Assembly: GCA_039801565.1 (NCBI GenBank)
Contig: JBDRUX010000043.1
Location: 1-19,453, forward strand
Direction of reading: 5' to 3'
Length of the DNA stretch: 19,453 bases
Source: a candidate division WOR-3 bacterium
Lineage (GTDB): Bacteria > Hydrothermota > Tepidihabitantia > Tepidihabitantales > JAOUPE01
The notes beneath the pieces are model-generated. The model was not told the DNA's origin. It saw only the letters and a program-made list of their open reading frames with translations, and did not search any database. Of this stretch, positions 7,783 through 15,002 are shown piece by piece. How positions within the stretch are numbered: position 1 is the first letter of the stretch; every line of letters starts with the position of its first letter. Position numbers and translations under genes: made by a program.

Positions 7783-8401
7783 AAATTTTTAAAAGTTTAC
7801 TCCAAAGGCGTAGGATTTGAGGATGGGGACGGGCTGGTATCCCGAAATATTTAGCATTGGCAGGGATTGATTTAAATAAACCGGATTTTGCATAAACAAT
7901 TGCATTGTCACCAATCTTAACATGGTCTTTAATCCCAACCTGTCCAGCTAAAATGACATTGTTGCCAATTTTGGCACTGCCGCCAATCCCAACTTGGGCA
8001 ATGATGATGCAATTCTTGCCAATCTGAACATTATGTCCAATATGGACCAAACAATCAATCTTGGTCCCAGCACCAATTCGCGTTTCACCGGTTTTAGCAC
8101 GGGCAATCGTCACATTTGCCCCAATCTCCACATCATCTTCGATAACGACTTTACCCCGATGGGGCAATTTTTTATATTCTTCACCAACTTTTTCGTAGCC
8201 AAAACCCTCAACCCCGATTACCGAACCTGGTCCAATCACCACTCTTTTTCCTATTTCAACGTCGTCCAAAATTGTCACATTGGGATAAAAAAAAGTTCCT
8301 TCACCAATCTTGACCCGTGCGCCAATGTAAACGAACGGGGAAATTTTTACATTCTTGCCAATTTCAGCATCGGCAGCAATGAAATAAAGATTACTTTTTA
8401 T
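7763..8401 (-). CDS. lpxD: UDP-3-O-acylglucosamine N-acyltransferase, short form lacking the N-terminal uridine-binding domain; start uncertain (ATA 8401 proposed, first canonical start GTG 8278)
   Basis: GFGY, GKVVIEDDVEIGAN, KIDCLVHIGHNV, LAGQVGIKDH, GIPARP. Hexapeptide repeats continue in frame upstream of 8278 (FIAADAEIGKNVKISPFVYIGARVKIGEGTFFYPN). Located between skp and lpxC. Confidence 0.8.
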   Translation of the reverse strand: MKSNLYFIAADAEIGKNVKISPFVYIGARVKIGEGTFFYPNVTILDDVEIGKRVVIGPGSVIGVEGFGYEKVGEEYKKLPHRGKVVIEDDVEIGANVTIARAKTGETRIGAGTKIDCLVHIGHNVQIGKNCIIIAQVGIGGSAKIGNNVILAGQVGIKDHVKIGDNAIVYAKSGLFKSIPANAKYFGIPARPHPQILRLWSKLLKIYASKDD

Positions 8402-9363
8402 TCTTGCCTTTCGGATTCTTTCTCGACCTTTTTAATTAACTTGGCGACAGCACCACTTAAAGCGGCGCGGAGTTCTTCAATCCGTGGTGCTTCACCCTTC
8501 TCGGTTGCAATCGAAAATTGTTGCTTAGGGTCAGAAAGGGTGATTTCAAAATTGATCCGTTTGCCCTGTCGAGCCACCGAACCCCATAAACAATAGTCGG
8601 CTAACAACTCTCGACCAATTTCGTAGATATTTTTCTCTTCGAGTCGAGCTCCTTCTATAATATTTCGGCTGCGCAGGGCATCGCTGATATTCGTTTTACC
8701 AATCAGTTCAATCTGGGTCTGGGTGCGCAGTAAGGCGGTGAGATTTGACCGCACCGTCTCGCCTAATTTATCTTGTTGCGCTTCGGCATTCGCTTCATGC
8801 CACGGAAAGATTACAAATTTCTTTTTCGCTTCCGGTTTTGCTAATGGTTTATACTCCTTATTCAATTCCTCTAAAACCAAGTCGGTTAAGTCGAGTCCAA
8901 CCTCAGCGTAAACGATTTTCGCTTCTGCCGCATCAAAGACAATAGTGTAACCTTCCTCTTTAGCTATCTTGTTTACCGCCTCATTAATTTTTGCTACAAT
9001 TGGTGCTAACAACTCACGATTTTTTTGTTCCAGTTTACCACCCTTCCCCCACACCGATTCTAAGTAGCGATTATATTCTTGTCGTAATTGTTCGATTTCG
9101 CTCAATTTAGTTGCCTTGCCCAATTCCGAAAGCATCAGTTTTTGTGATTCGTATTCGGCTTCGGCAGAATCTAATCGGCTCTTTAAGGAGTCAGCGGTTT
9201 GCTTGAATTTATTAATTTCTCGTTCCAAAGTTGTCTTGGCAGTAGTTGTCTCTTGAAATCCTTGATAGATTCGCTCCGAATCAATATAGCCAATTTTCAC
9301 TTCTTTGGCACTTAAGACAAAAAGGAAACCAAAACCAAAAACTAAAACCCATCTTAACATCAT
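8398..9363 (-). CDS. skp: OmpH/Skp periplasmic chaperone with an extra C-terminal alpha/beta domain (CsgG/TolB-N-like)
   Basis: Signal peptide, KIGYIDSERI, long coiled coil, IAKEEGYTIVFD...DLTDLVL, then ~145 extra aa. SD AGGAGG upstream; the second ATG at 9360 is better spaced. Confidence 0.85.
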   Translation of the reverse strand: MMLRWVLVFGFGFLFVLSAKEVKIGYIDSERIYQGFQETTTAKTTLEREINKFKQTADSLKSRLDSAEAEYESQKLMLSELGKATKLSEIEQLRQEYNRYLESVWGKGGKLEQKNRELLAPIVAKINEAVNKIAKEEGYTIVFDAAEAKIVYAEVGLDLTDLVLEELNKEYKPLAKPEAKKKFVIFPWHEANAEAQQDKLGETVRSNLTALLRTQTQIELIGKTNISDALRSRNIIEGARLEEKNIYEIGRELLADYCLWGSVARQGKRINFEITLSDPKQQFSIATEKGEAPRIEELRAALSGAVAKLIKKVEKESERQE

Positions 9364-9389
9364 TCCTCCTTATCCAATTTTAATTTGAA

Positions 9390-10733
9390 TCATTTTGAAC
9401 CGTTTGAACATTTGGAACTTTTCGAAAAAGTCTCAATCAATTGGCCCACAGTCTTGTCGCCTGTAACCTCGATGATTCTAACTTTAGTTATTCTGCCTGG
9501 TCTCAGGTGGAGTGTTCTGTCTCCATTCCCATCAGGAATAAAAACTCTAATATAATTATCGGTTATCGCTTTTTGATTCGATTCAATTATCGCTTCCCGA
9601 ATTTTTCCTCGGAATCGGTTTCGGTAATCAAATGATTTTATCCGACTGAGGGCACGCAGTAAATTCACTCTTGCTTTCTTTTCTTTTGGACTAACTGTTT
9701 CAGGGATTGTAAACGCTTTAGTCTTCGGACGTGGTGAGTAAGGGAAGATATGAAGATAACCAAAAGGCAGATTGCGAATTAAATTAACGGTTCGGCTAAA
9801 ACTTATATCGTCTTCACCGGGGAAGCCACAAATCAAATCCGTACCAAGATTTATATCCGGAATCCGATCGACAATTCGATTAATTAACGCCTCGTACTGG
9901 GCAACCGAATACTTCCGTTGCATCAAATTAAGAATCTTATCGTCACCGGATTGCAACGGAATATGCAAATGGTGACACAAACGGAAATCATCAAATCGTT
10001 CCAGAATTCGGTAGTCAAAGCTATCTGGCTCTAAACAGCCCAAGCGGATTCGAAAATTAGCCTTGATTTTAGCCAATTGTCCTAAAAGGTCAAATAGGGA
10101 AGTCCCCGTATCCAAACCATAGATGCCTAAATTCAATCCCACCAAGACAATCTCTTGATAACCCATCGCTACTAAATCGCGGACTCCCTTTTCTACTAAC
10201 GAAGTTGGTTTTGAAATCGGTTCACCTCGAATCTGGGCTGGCAGGCAGTAGGTACAGCGATTAAAACAGCCATCCTGAATCTTCAAAAAAGCCCGCGCCC
10301 GACTGGGAAGAATTGGACAGCCCTCAGCGCTTTGATCAATTCGTGTTTCGAGTTCTTCGATTAATTTAATCTTTTCGCTTTGGCTAAATACTTCATCTAC
10401 TCCGTTCTCTTTTTGTAATCGTGCCCGTTCAATTTCTGCCAAACAACCCGTAACGATAATCTTTGGCTTCGGTTTCAAATTAGCCATTCTTCTTATCCAC
10501 TTTATTGAAGTTCGCACCGCTTGTTCGGTCACAGCACAAGTATTTATGACCGCTATGTCCAATGGTTCTGTGTTTAAACGCATTGAACCATTTTGCCCAT
10601 TTACCGTTGGATAGACCAGATTTGTTACTCTTTTCCCCTGTTGGGCAAAAACCATTCGTAATGCGTCACCTTCGGATTGATTTAGCCGACAACCGAGTGT
10701 AATAATTGCTACCTGTTCCATTGGATTGACCAA
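9390..10733 (-). CDS. mtaB: tRNA methylthiotransferase, MtaB-like (UPF0004 + radical SAM + TRAM-like)
   Basis: TLGCRLNQSE, INTCAVT, VTGC, RAFLKIQDGCFNRCTYC (CxxxCxxC), HIPLQSG, GFPGE, HIFPYSPRP. The NTC-VT and KIQDGC motifs favour MtaB over MiaB/RimO. The start may be ATG 10721. Confidence 0.82.
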   Translation of the reverse strand: MVNPMEQVAIITLGCRLNQSEGDALRMVFAQQGKRVTNLVYPTVNGQNGSMRLNTEPLDIAVINTCAVTEQAVRTSIKWIRRMANLKPKPKIIVTGCLAEIERARLQKENGVDEVFSQSEKIKLIEELETRIDQSAEGCPILPSRARAFLKIQDGCFNRCTYCLPAQIRGEPISKPTSLVEKGVRDLVAMGYQEIVLVGLNLGIYGLDTGTSLFDLLGQLAKIKANFRIRLGCLEPDSFDYRILERFDDFRLCHHLHIPLQSGDDKILNLMQRKYSVAQYEALINRIVDRIPDINLGTDLICGFPGEDDISFSRTVNLIRNLPFGYLHIFPYSPRPKTKAFTIPETVSPKEKKARVNLLRALSRIKSFDYRNRFRGKIREAIIESNQKAITDNYIRVFIPDGNGDRTLHLRPGRITKVRIIEVTGDKTVGQLIETFSKSSKCSNGSK

Positions 10734-10768
10734 TTTTGAACCTTTTGAACTTACATCGTCAGAAAGTA

Positions 10769-12445
10769 TTATTTTAGATGGTCTTCTAACGTAAACCGGT
10801 CGATCTCCTTTTGGGGTTCGACTTCCACTGCCTTACGCCGACCGCGCCGCTTTGGTTTTCCGGCCTCGGCTAACTCCTCTTCAGAAGGCTTGTAAAGCGC
10901 CTTTTCGCTTAAACCAATTCGCCGATTTTCCAAATCAATCTTCGTTATCGCCAGTTCAATCTCTTCGCCAATCTTATACTTGTCTTTAGTCTTTTTGGCG
11001 CCTCGTGCCAACTGACTGATTGGAACAAACCCTTCGATACCATAAGGCAGGTTGACAACTATGCCCGGTTTGGGCAAATCAATAATCCTTGCTTTCACCA
11101 CATCACCTTCCTTATACTCCTTACTGAACCGATAAAATGGGTCTTCTTTCGTCTGCTTAAGACCGAGGGCAATTCGCCGATTTTCTTTATCAATCTCCAG
11201 GATGATGGTTTCGACCTTTTGGTCTTTCCTCACCACCTCGCGGGGATGTTTCACTTTTTTTGTCCAGGACAAATCGTTATTATGAATTAACCCTTCAATT
11301 CCTTCTTCAATTTCGACAAAAGCGCCAAATTCTTTTAGTGATTTGATCCGGCCGGTGACCTTTTGCCCAACTCGATACTTCTCATCAATCAAAGACCAAG
11401 GGTCGGGTGTCGTCTGTTTCAGACCTAACGAGATCCGCCGGTTCTCCTTATCAATACTTAAGACCACAGTTTCCACAGTGTCGCCGATCTTAAGAATCTG
11501 CGAAGGATGATGAATCATTTTCGTCCAAGACATCTCTGAAACATGGATTAGACCTTCCACCCCTTTTTCCAGTTCGACGAATGCGCCATATTCGGCTAAA
11601 GTGGTCACAACTCCTTTGACGCGTGAACCGATTGGATATTTCTCTTCAATTCCATCCCAAGGATGGGGGGTTAGTTGTTTCCTTCCCACCGTGACCCGAC
11701 CGGTTTCGGGGTCAGCACTTAAGACCTTCACCTTTATCTTCTCGCCGACATTGACAAATTCCTTCGGGTGGACGACTTTATTCCAGGCTAAATCCGAGAT
11801 ATGAAGAAGAGCATCAATCCCACCGAGGTCTAAAAATGCTCCAAATTCGGTAATGGTCTTCACTGTTCCTTCAACCACATCGCCCACTTTAATTCGGGCA
11901 AGGGCTTCCGCCCGAGCCTTTTTCGCTTGTTCCTCTAAAAGCATTCGCCGGGAGACGACGATATTCTTCTTCATCCAGTTGACGGAAATAATTTTAACTT
12001 CAAAGGTCTGACCAATCAGACTGTCTAAATTACTAACCGGTCGGATGTCAACATGCGAGCCAGGCAAAAACGCATCCAGTCCTAAAACCTCAACGGCTAA
12101 TCCACCCTTTACCTTTTTCCGCACGGTTGCCAAGACTCCTTCGGAACTTTGGGCTTTTTGCTGAATTGTCTCCCAAGCCAGTTGAAAATCGGCTTTCTTT
12201 TTCGAGATTACCGGAAACCCTTCCTTATCCTCCAATGCTTCCAGATAGACTAAAACCTCTTTGCCTTCAACGATTTCCTCATCGTTCTTAAATTCCTCAA
12301 TCGGTAGGATACCTTCGGATTTGAGCCCCATATCCACTAATACCACATTTTCCAATTTTCGAATTATCTTGCCTTTGATAATTTCTCCTTCCTTAATTGT
12401 TGGAAAGGATTGGGCATAGATGTCTTTAAGTTCTTCTTTTCCCAT
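10769..12445 (-). CDS. rpsA: 30S ribosomal protein S1
   Basis: Six S1 domains (KSEGILP, AFLPGS, FGAFLDLGGIDALLHISDLAW, YGAFVELEKGVEGLIHVSEMSW, etc.). TAATG overlap with ispH and an upstream GGAGG. Confidence 0.97.
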   Translation of the reverse strand: MGKEELKDIYAQSFPTIKEGEIIKGKIIRKLENVVLVDMGLKSEGILPIEEFKNDEEIVEGKEVLVYLEALEDKEGFPVISKKKADFQLAWETIQQKAQSSEGVLATVRKKVKGGLAVEVLGLDAFLPGSHVDIRPVSNLDSLIGQTFEVKIISVNWMKKNIVVSRRMLLEEQAKKARAEALARIKVGDVVEGTVKTITEFGAFLDLGGIDALLHISDLAWNKVVHPKEFVNVGEKIKVKVLSADPETGRVTVGRKQLTPHPWDGIEEKYPIGSRVKGVVTTLAEYGAFVELEKGVEGLIHVSEMSWTKMIHHPSQILKIGDTVETVVLSIDKENRRISLGLKQTTPDPWSLIDEKYRVGQKVTGRIKSLKEFGAFVEIEEGIEGLIHNNDLSWTKKVKHPREVVRKDQKVETIILEIDKENRRIALGLKQTKEDPFYRFSKEYKEGDVVKARIIDLPKPGIVVNLPYGIEGFVPISQLARGAKKTKDKYKIGEEIELAITKIDLENRRIGLSEKALYKPSEEELAEAGKPKRRGRRKAVEVEPQKEIDRFTLEDHLK

Positions 12446-13344
12446 TACGCTTTAACCTCCTTAGCTTGTAAGATTTTGACGATTTCGTCAATGACCCAGG
12501 ATGGAGTTGATGTACCAGCGGCAATACCAATTCGGCTTGGTCGGTTTTGCGCCAAAATTTGCCAATCAATCTCTCTCTTATCTTCAATATGATAGACCGG
12601 TTTACCAATTTGGCGAACTGTTTCGACCAACCGTCGGGTATTGGCGCTATTCTTGCCACCAACAATCAACATCATATCCACCCTTGAGCCAATCTCTTTT
12701 ACGGCATTTTGCCGTGCCAATGCTTCTTGGCAAATTGTATTATAAACTATAATTTCTTCTAATCTTGGATTAAATTCTAATAAGTTAGCTATCGCCGACC
12801 GGAATAATGCCGGCGAAGCGGTCGTCTGTGCCAACACACCAATTCTCTTTGCCGCAATTTTTCGATTTGGCTTATAAACGATTCCTAAATCTCTTGCATA
12901 GGCAAGAATTGATTTCACTTCCGGATGGGTCTCGTCACCAACTACTACCACCGTATAACCCTCCGAACTTAATTTTTGAGCATAGTGCTGGACCTTAGCA
13001 ACATTGGGGCAAGTGGCATCAATAATATTTATTTTAAGTCTTTTGGCTTGCGCAAGCAAATCCGGGGCACAGCCGTGGGAACGAATTACCAAGGTTCTGT
13101 TACGGGCTTGACTAAGTGATTCAATTGGGATTAGACCTTGGTTTCTTAATTCTTCAACCACGATTGGATTATGAATCAATTCCCCTAAACTGAAGACTCT
13201 ACCGTTTTGGTTCAGCGCGTTTTGCTGTAAAGCGTTGCGTGCCAACTTTAGTGCCCGCTCGACACCGGAACAAAAGCCAATTGGCCGAGCCACTAATAAT
13301 GAAGAATTTTGAACCATTTGAACTCTTTTTTGCAATGAGCTCAT
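12445..13344 (-). CDS. ispH: 4-hydroxy-3-methylbut-2-enyl diphosphate reductase
   Basis: GFCSGVERA, LIHN, RSHG, DATCP, HPEV, TIC...RQ, GGKNSANT, AGTSTP; the three Fe-S cysteines are present. Confidence 0.96.
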   Translation of the reverse strand: MSSLQKRVQMVQNSSLLVARPIGFCSGVERALKLARNALQQNALNQNGRVFSLGELIHNPIVVEELRNQGLIPIESLSQARNRTLVIRSHGCAPDLLAQAKRLKINIIDATCPNVAKVQHYAQKLSSEGYTVVVVGDETHPEVKSILAYARDLGIVYKPNRKIAAKRIGVLAQTTASPALFRSAIANLLEFNPRLEEIIVYNTICQEALARQNAVKEIGSRVDMMLIVGGKNSANTRRLVETVRQIGKPVYHIEDKREIDWQILAQNRPSRIGIAAGTSTPSWVIDEIVKILQAKEVKA

Positions 13345-14000
13345 TGTTTCTCTTTCCCTTCACATCTTAATTTCTCAACTTCATTTTGCACCTTTATTGC
13401 AAATCGCTCATAATCCGTTCGATTCCGATTAAAACCGTTCGGTAGAATTGGGTCACCAAATCTTACCGTTATCCGACTTTTCCAAAAGTCGCTAACTCTT
13501 ATTTTACTCGGATTTATATCAGGGTCAACTATTTTCGAAACGAAAGAATCTCTCACGCCCGTGATATAACAAGGTACAACCGGTACCGAATTTGTTACAG
13601 CCAAAAAGCCAACACCGGGTTTGAATGGCAAAAGTTTTTGGTCCTTATTTCGTGTCCCTTCCGGAAAAAGGACTAAAGTTTGATTCCGTTGTAAAAGTTC
13701 CGAACAGGTTTTGAATAAATTAGGACCGACTGCGCCACGGCGGACGGGTAAAGCATTCCAGGTTTTTATTAACCAACTGAACCACTTTCGAAATTTAAAC
13801 AACTCTTCCTTGGCTAAAAAGCACACTTCCTTTTGAGTAGCGATACCTAAAAGAATTGGGTCAAAATTTGAGGTATGGTTTGCGGCAATAATTCTTCCTT
13901 TCAACTCTCTAATTTTTTCTCTGCCGATGACTTTTAACCCAAGCAGTAGTTTTGCCAAAGGGTAGACGAAGAAAAGTCCTAATCGCCAGCGCAATTTCAT
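13341..14000 (-). CDS. plsC: 1-acyl-sn-glycerol-3-phosphate acyltransferase
   Basis: ANHTSNFD (HX4D), FLAKEELF, LFPEGTR, FKPG; cmk-plsC-ispH-rpsA context. Confidence 0.9.
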   Translation of the reverse strand: MKLRWRLGLFFVYPLAKLLLGLKVIGREKIRELKGRIIAANHTSNFDPILLGIATQKEVCFLAKEELFKFRKWFSWLIKTWNALPVRRGAVGPNLFKTCSELLQRNQTLVLFPEGTRNKDQKLLPFKPGVGFLAVTNSVPVVPCYITGVRDSFVSKIVDPDINPSKIRVSDFWKSRITVRFGDPILPNGFNRNRTDYERFAIKVQNEVEKLRCEGKEKQ

Positions 14001-14686
14001 TTTGAACCAGTTGCTCTTTTATGGTGCAGACGCTCTTTTATCAAATTAGTAACGAATTCCACCTCTTCTTCAATTGTCAGGTTGGTGGTATCTAAAAAGA
14101 CTGCATCGGGCATCTTTTTCAATGGGCTGGTAGCGCGGGTACTATCAATATAATCCCGTTCCAAAAAATTCTCTTTAACAGCCTTTGGTGTCGCTTTAAT
14201 TCCCTTTTCTCTTAACTCTTTTACCCGGCGTCGGGTCCGTTCGTCTAAGTGGCAATCTAAGTAAAACTTGAGGTCGGCTTTCGGAAACACGACACTGCCG
14301 ATATCCCGCCCTTCACAAATTACATTGCGATTCTTAGCAATTCGGCGTTGTTCTTTTACCATCTTGGTCCGAACTATTGGTAGAGCTGATACTTGAGAAA
14401 CCAATTTATCTACCACAGGCTTACGGATTGTTTTACTCACATCCTTACCGTCCAACATTATTTTACCTTTGTTATTAAAATTAATCTTGGTCTTTGCTAA
14501 TAACTTTTTAAGACCTTCAGTGTCATTTAAATCAATTTTAGATTTCAATATCTTCCAAGTTATGGCGCGGTACATTGCCCCGGTATCGAGGTAAAAGAAG
14601 CCCAATACTTCAGCGGCTTTTCGGGCGGTTGTACTTTTACCCGAACCTGCTGTGCCATCAATTGCCACAATAAAACTTTTCTTCAT
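13997..14686 (-). CDS. cmk: Cytidylate kinase
   Basis: IDGTAGSGKST P-loop, LDTGAMYRA, EGRDIGSVVFP, RDYIDSTR..SPL. Confidence 0.96.
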   Translation of the reverse strand: MKKSFIVAIDGTAGSGKSTTARKAAEVLGFFYLDTGAMYRAITWKILKSKIDLNDTEGLKKLLAKTKINFNNKGKIMLDGKDVSKTIRKPVVDKLVSQVSALPIVRTKMVKEQRRIAKNRNVICEGRDIGSVVFPKADLKFYLDCHLDERTRRRVKELREKGIKATPKAVKENFLERDYIDSTRATSPLKKMPDAVFLDTTNLTIEEEVEFVTNLIKERLHHKRATGSK

Positions 14687-14698
14687 AAGGCTTTTAAG

Positions 14699-14729
14699 AT
14701 TATATTAATAAAGCATTTAATTTTTTCAA
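14699..14729 (-). promoter_or_regulatory. Probable promoter of the cmk operon
   Basis: On the minus strand TTGAAA (14729-14724), 19-bp spacer (long), perfect TATAAT (14704-14699), 12 nt before the cmk ATG. Confidence 0.5.
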
Positions 14730-14764
14730 GAGCAAAGATAAACCAGAATAACTTTATTAAACTA

Positions 14765-14793
14765 TTGACAAAATTTTTGCTCTTGTTTAAAAT
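14765..14793 (+). promoter_or_regulatory. sigma70-type promoter for the plus-strand repeat-protein operon
   Basis: TTGACA (14765-14770), 17-bp spacer, TAAAAT (14788-14793); divergent from cmk. Confidence 0.8.
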
Positions 14794-14810
14794 GGGTTGA
14801 TTAAAAATGG

Positions 14811-14937
14811 ACTGGGTTAGAAGACTGCTGCGGTTTTTAGAAAAGCAAATCGTTCAGCATTCAACCCAGTGAGGTTCAAAACATCGGATTTCAGCCTGGG
14901 TGGAGCGTGAAATCCGAAAATATTGATTTATCCACCC
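14811..14937 (+). other. Candidate structured 5' leader RNA (long hairpin, then a hairpin with a possible pseudoknot); family not recognised
   Basis: Pairings read by eye: 14811-18/14863-70, 14826-30/14855-59, 14831-36/14847-52 (one G-U); perfect 10-bp 14884-93/14908-17; loop GGGTGGA 14898-904 complementary to TCCACCC 14931-37. Confidence 0.45.
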
Positions 14938-15002
14938 CATGGTATTTTGGCTTTATAGCCTTAATCATTAACTTAAATTGGGTCTTTGCCCAAGGAGGTT
15001 AA

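Noticed and set aside
8287..8294. A8 homopolymer in lpxD as a frameshift or phase-variation site
   Set aside because: The frame is continuous across it (ACT TTT TTT TAT), and such runs are expected in AT-rich DNA.
8425..8436. -1 frameshift at T-AAA-AAG fusing Skp to LpxD (the lpxD frame opens exactly here)
   Set aside because: It is not a full X-XXY-YYZ heptamer and I saw no stimulatory structure. Fusing an exported chaperone to a cytoplasmic enzyme is implausible, and the ATAA overlap is simpler.
7994..8596. 200-aa plus-strand ORF, and the 155-aa ORF at 6099-6566
   Set aside because: These are antisense shadows of the hexapeptide-repeat genes lpxD/skp and lpxA, with no recognisable motifs.
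14811..14937. Assignment of the leader to a known riboswitch (c-di-AMP, c-di-GMP, ZTP, fluoride, SAM, cobalamin)
   Set aside because: I could not find the conserved sequence cores I remember for these classes; an Rfam search is needed.
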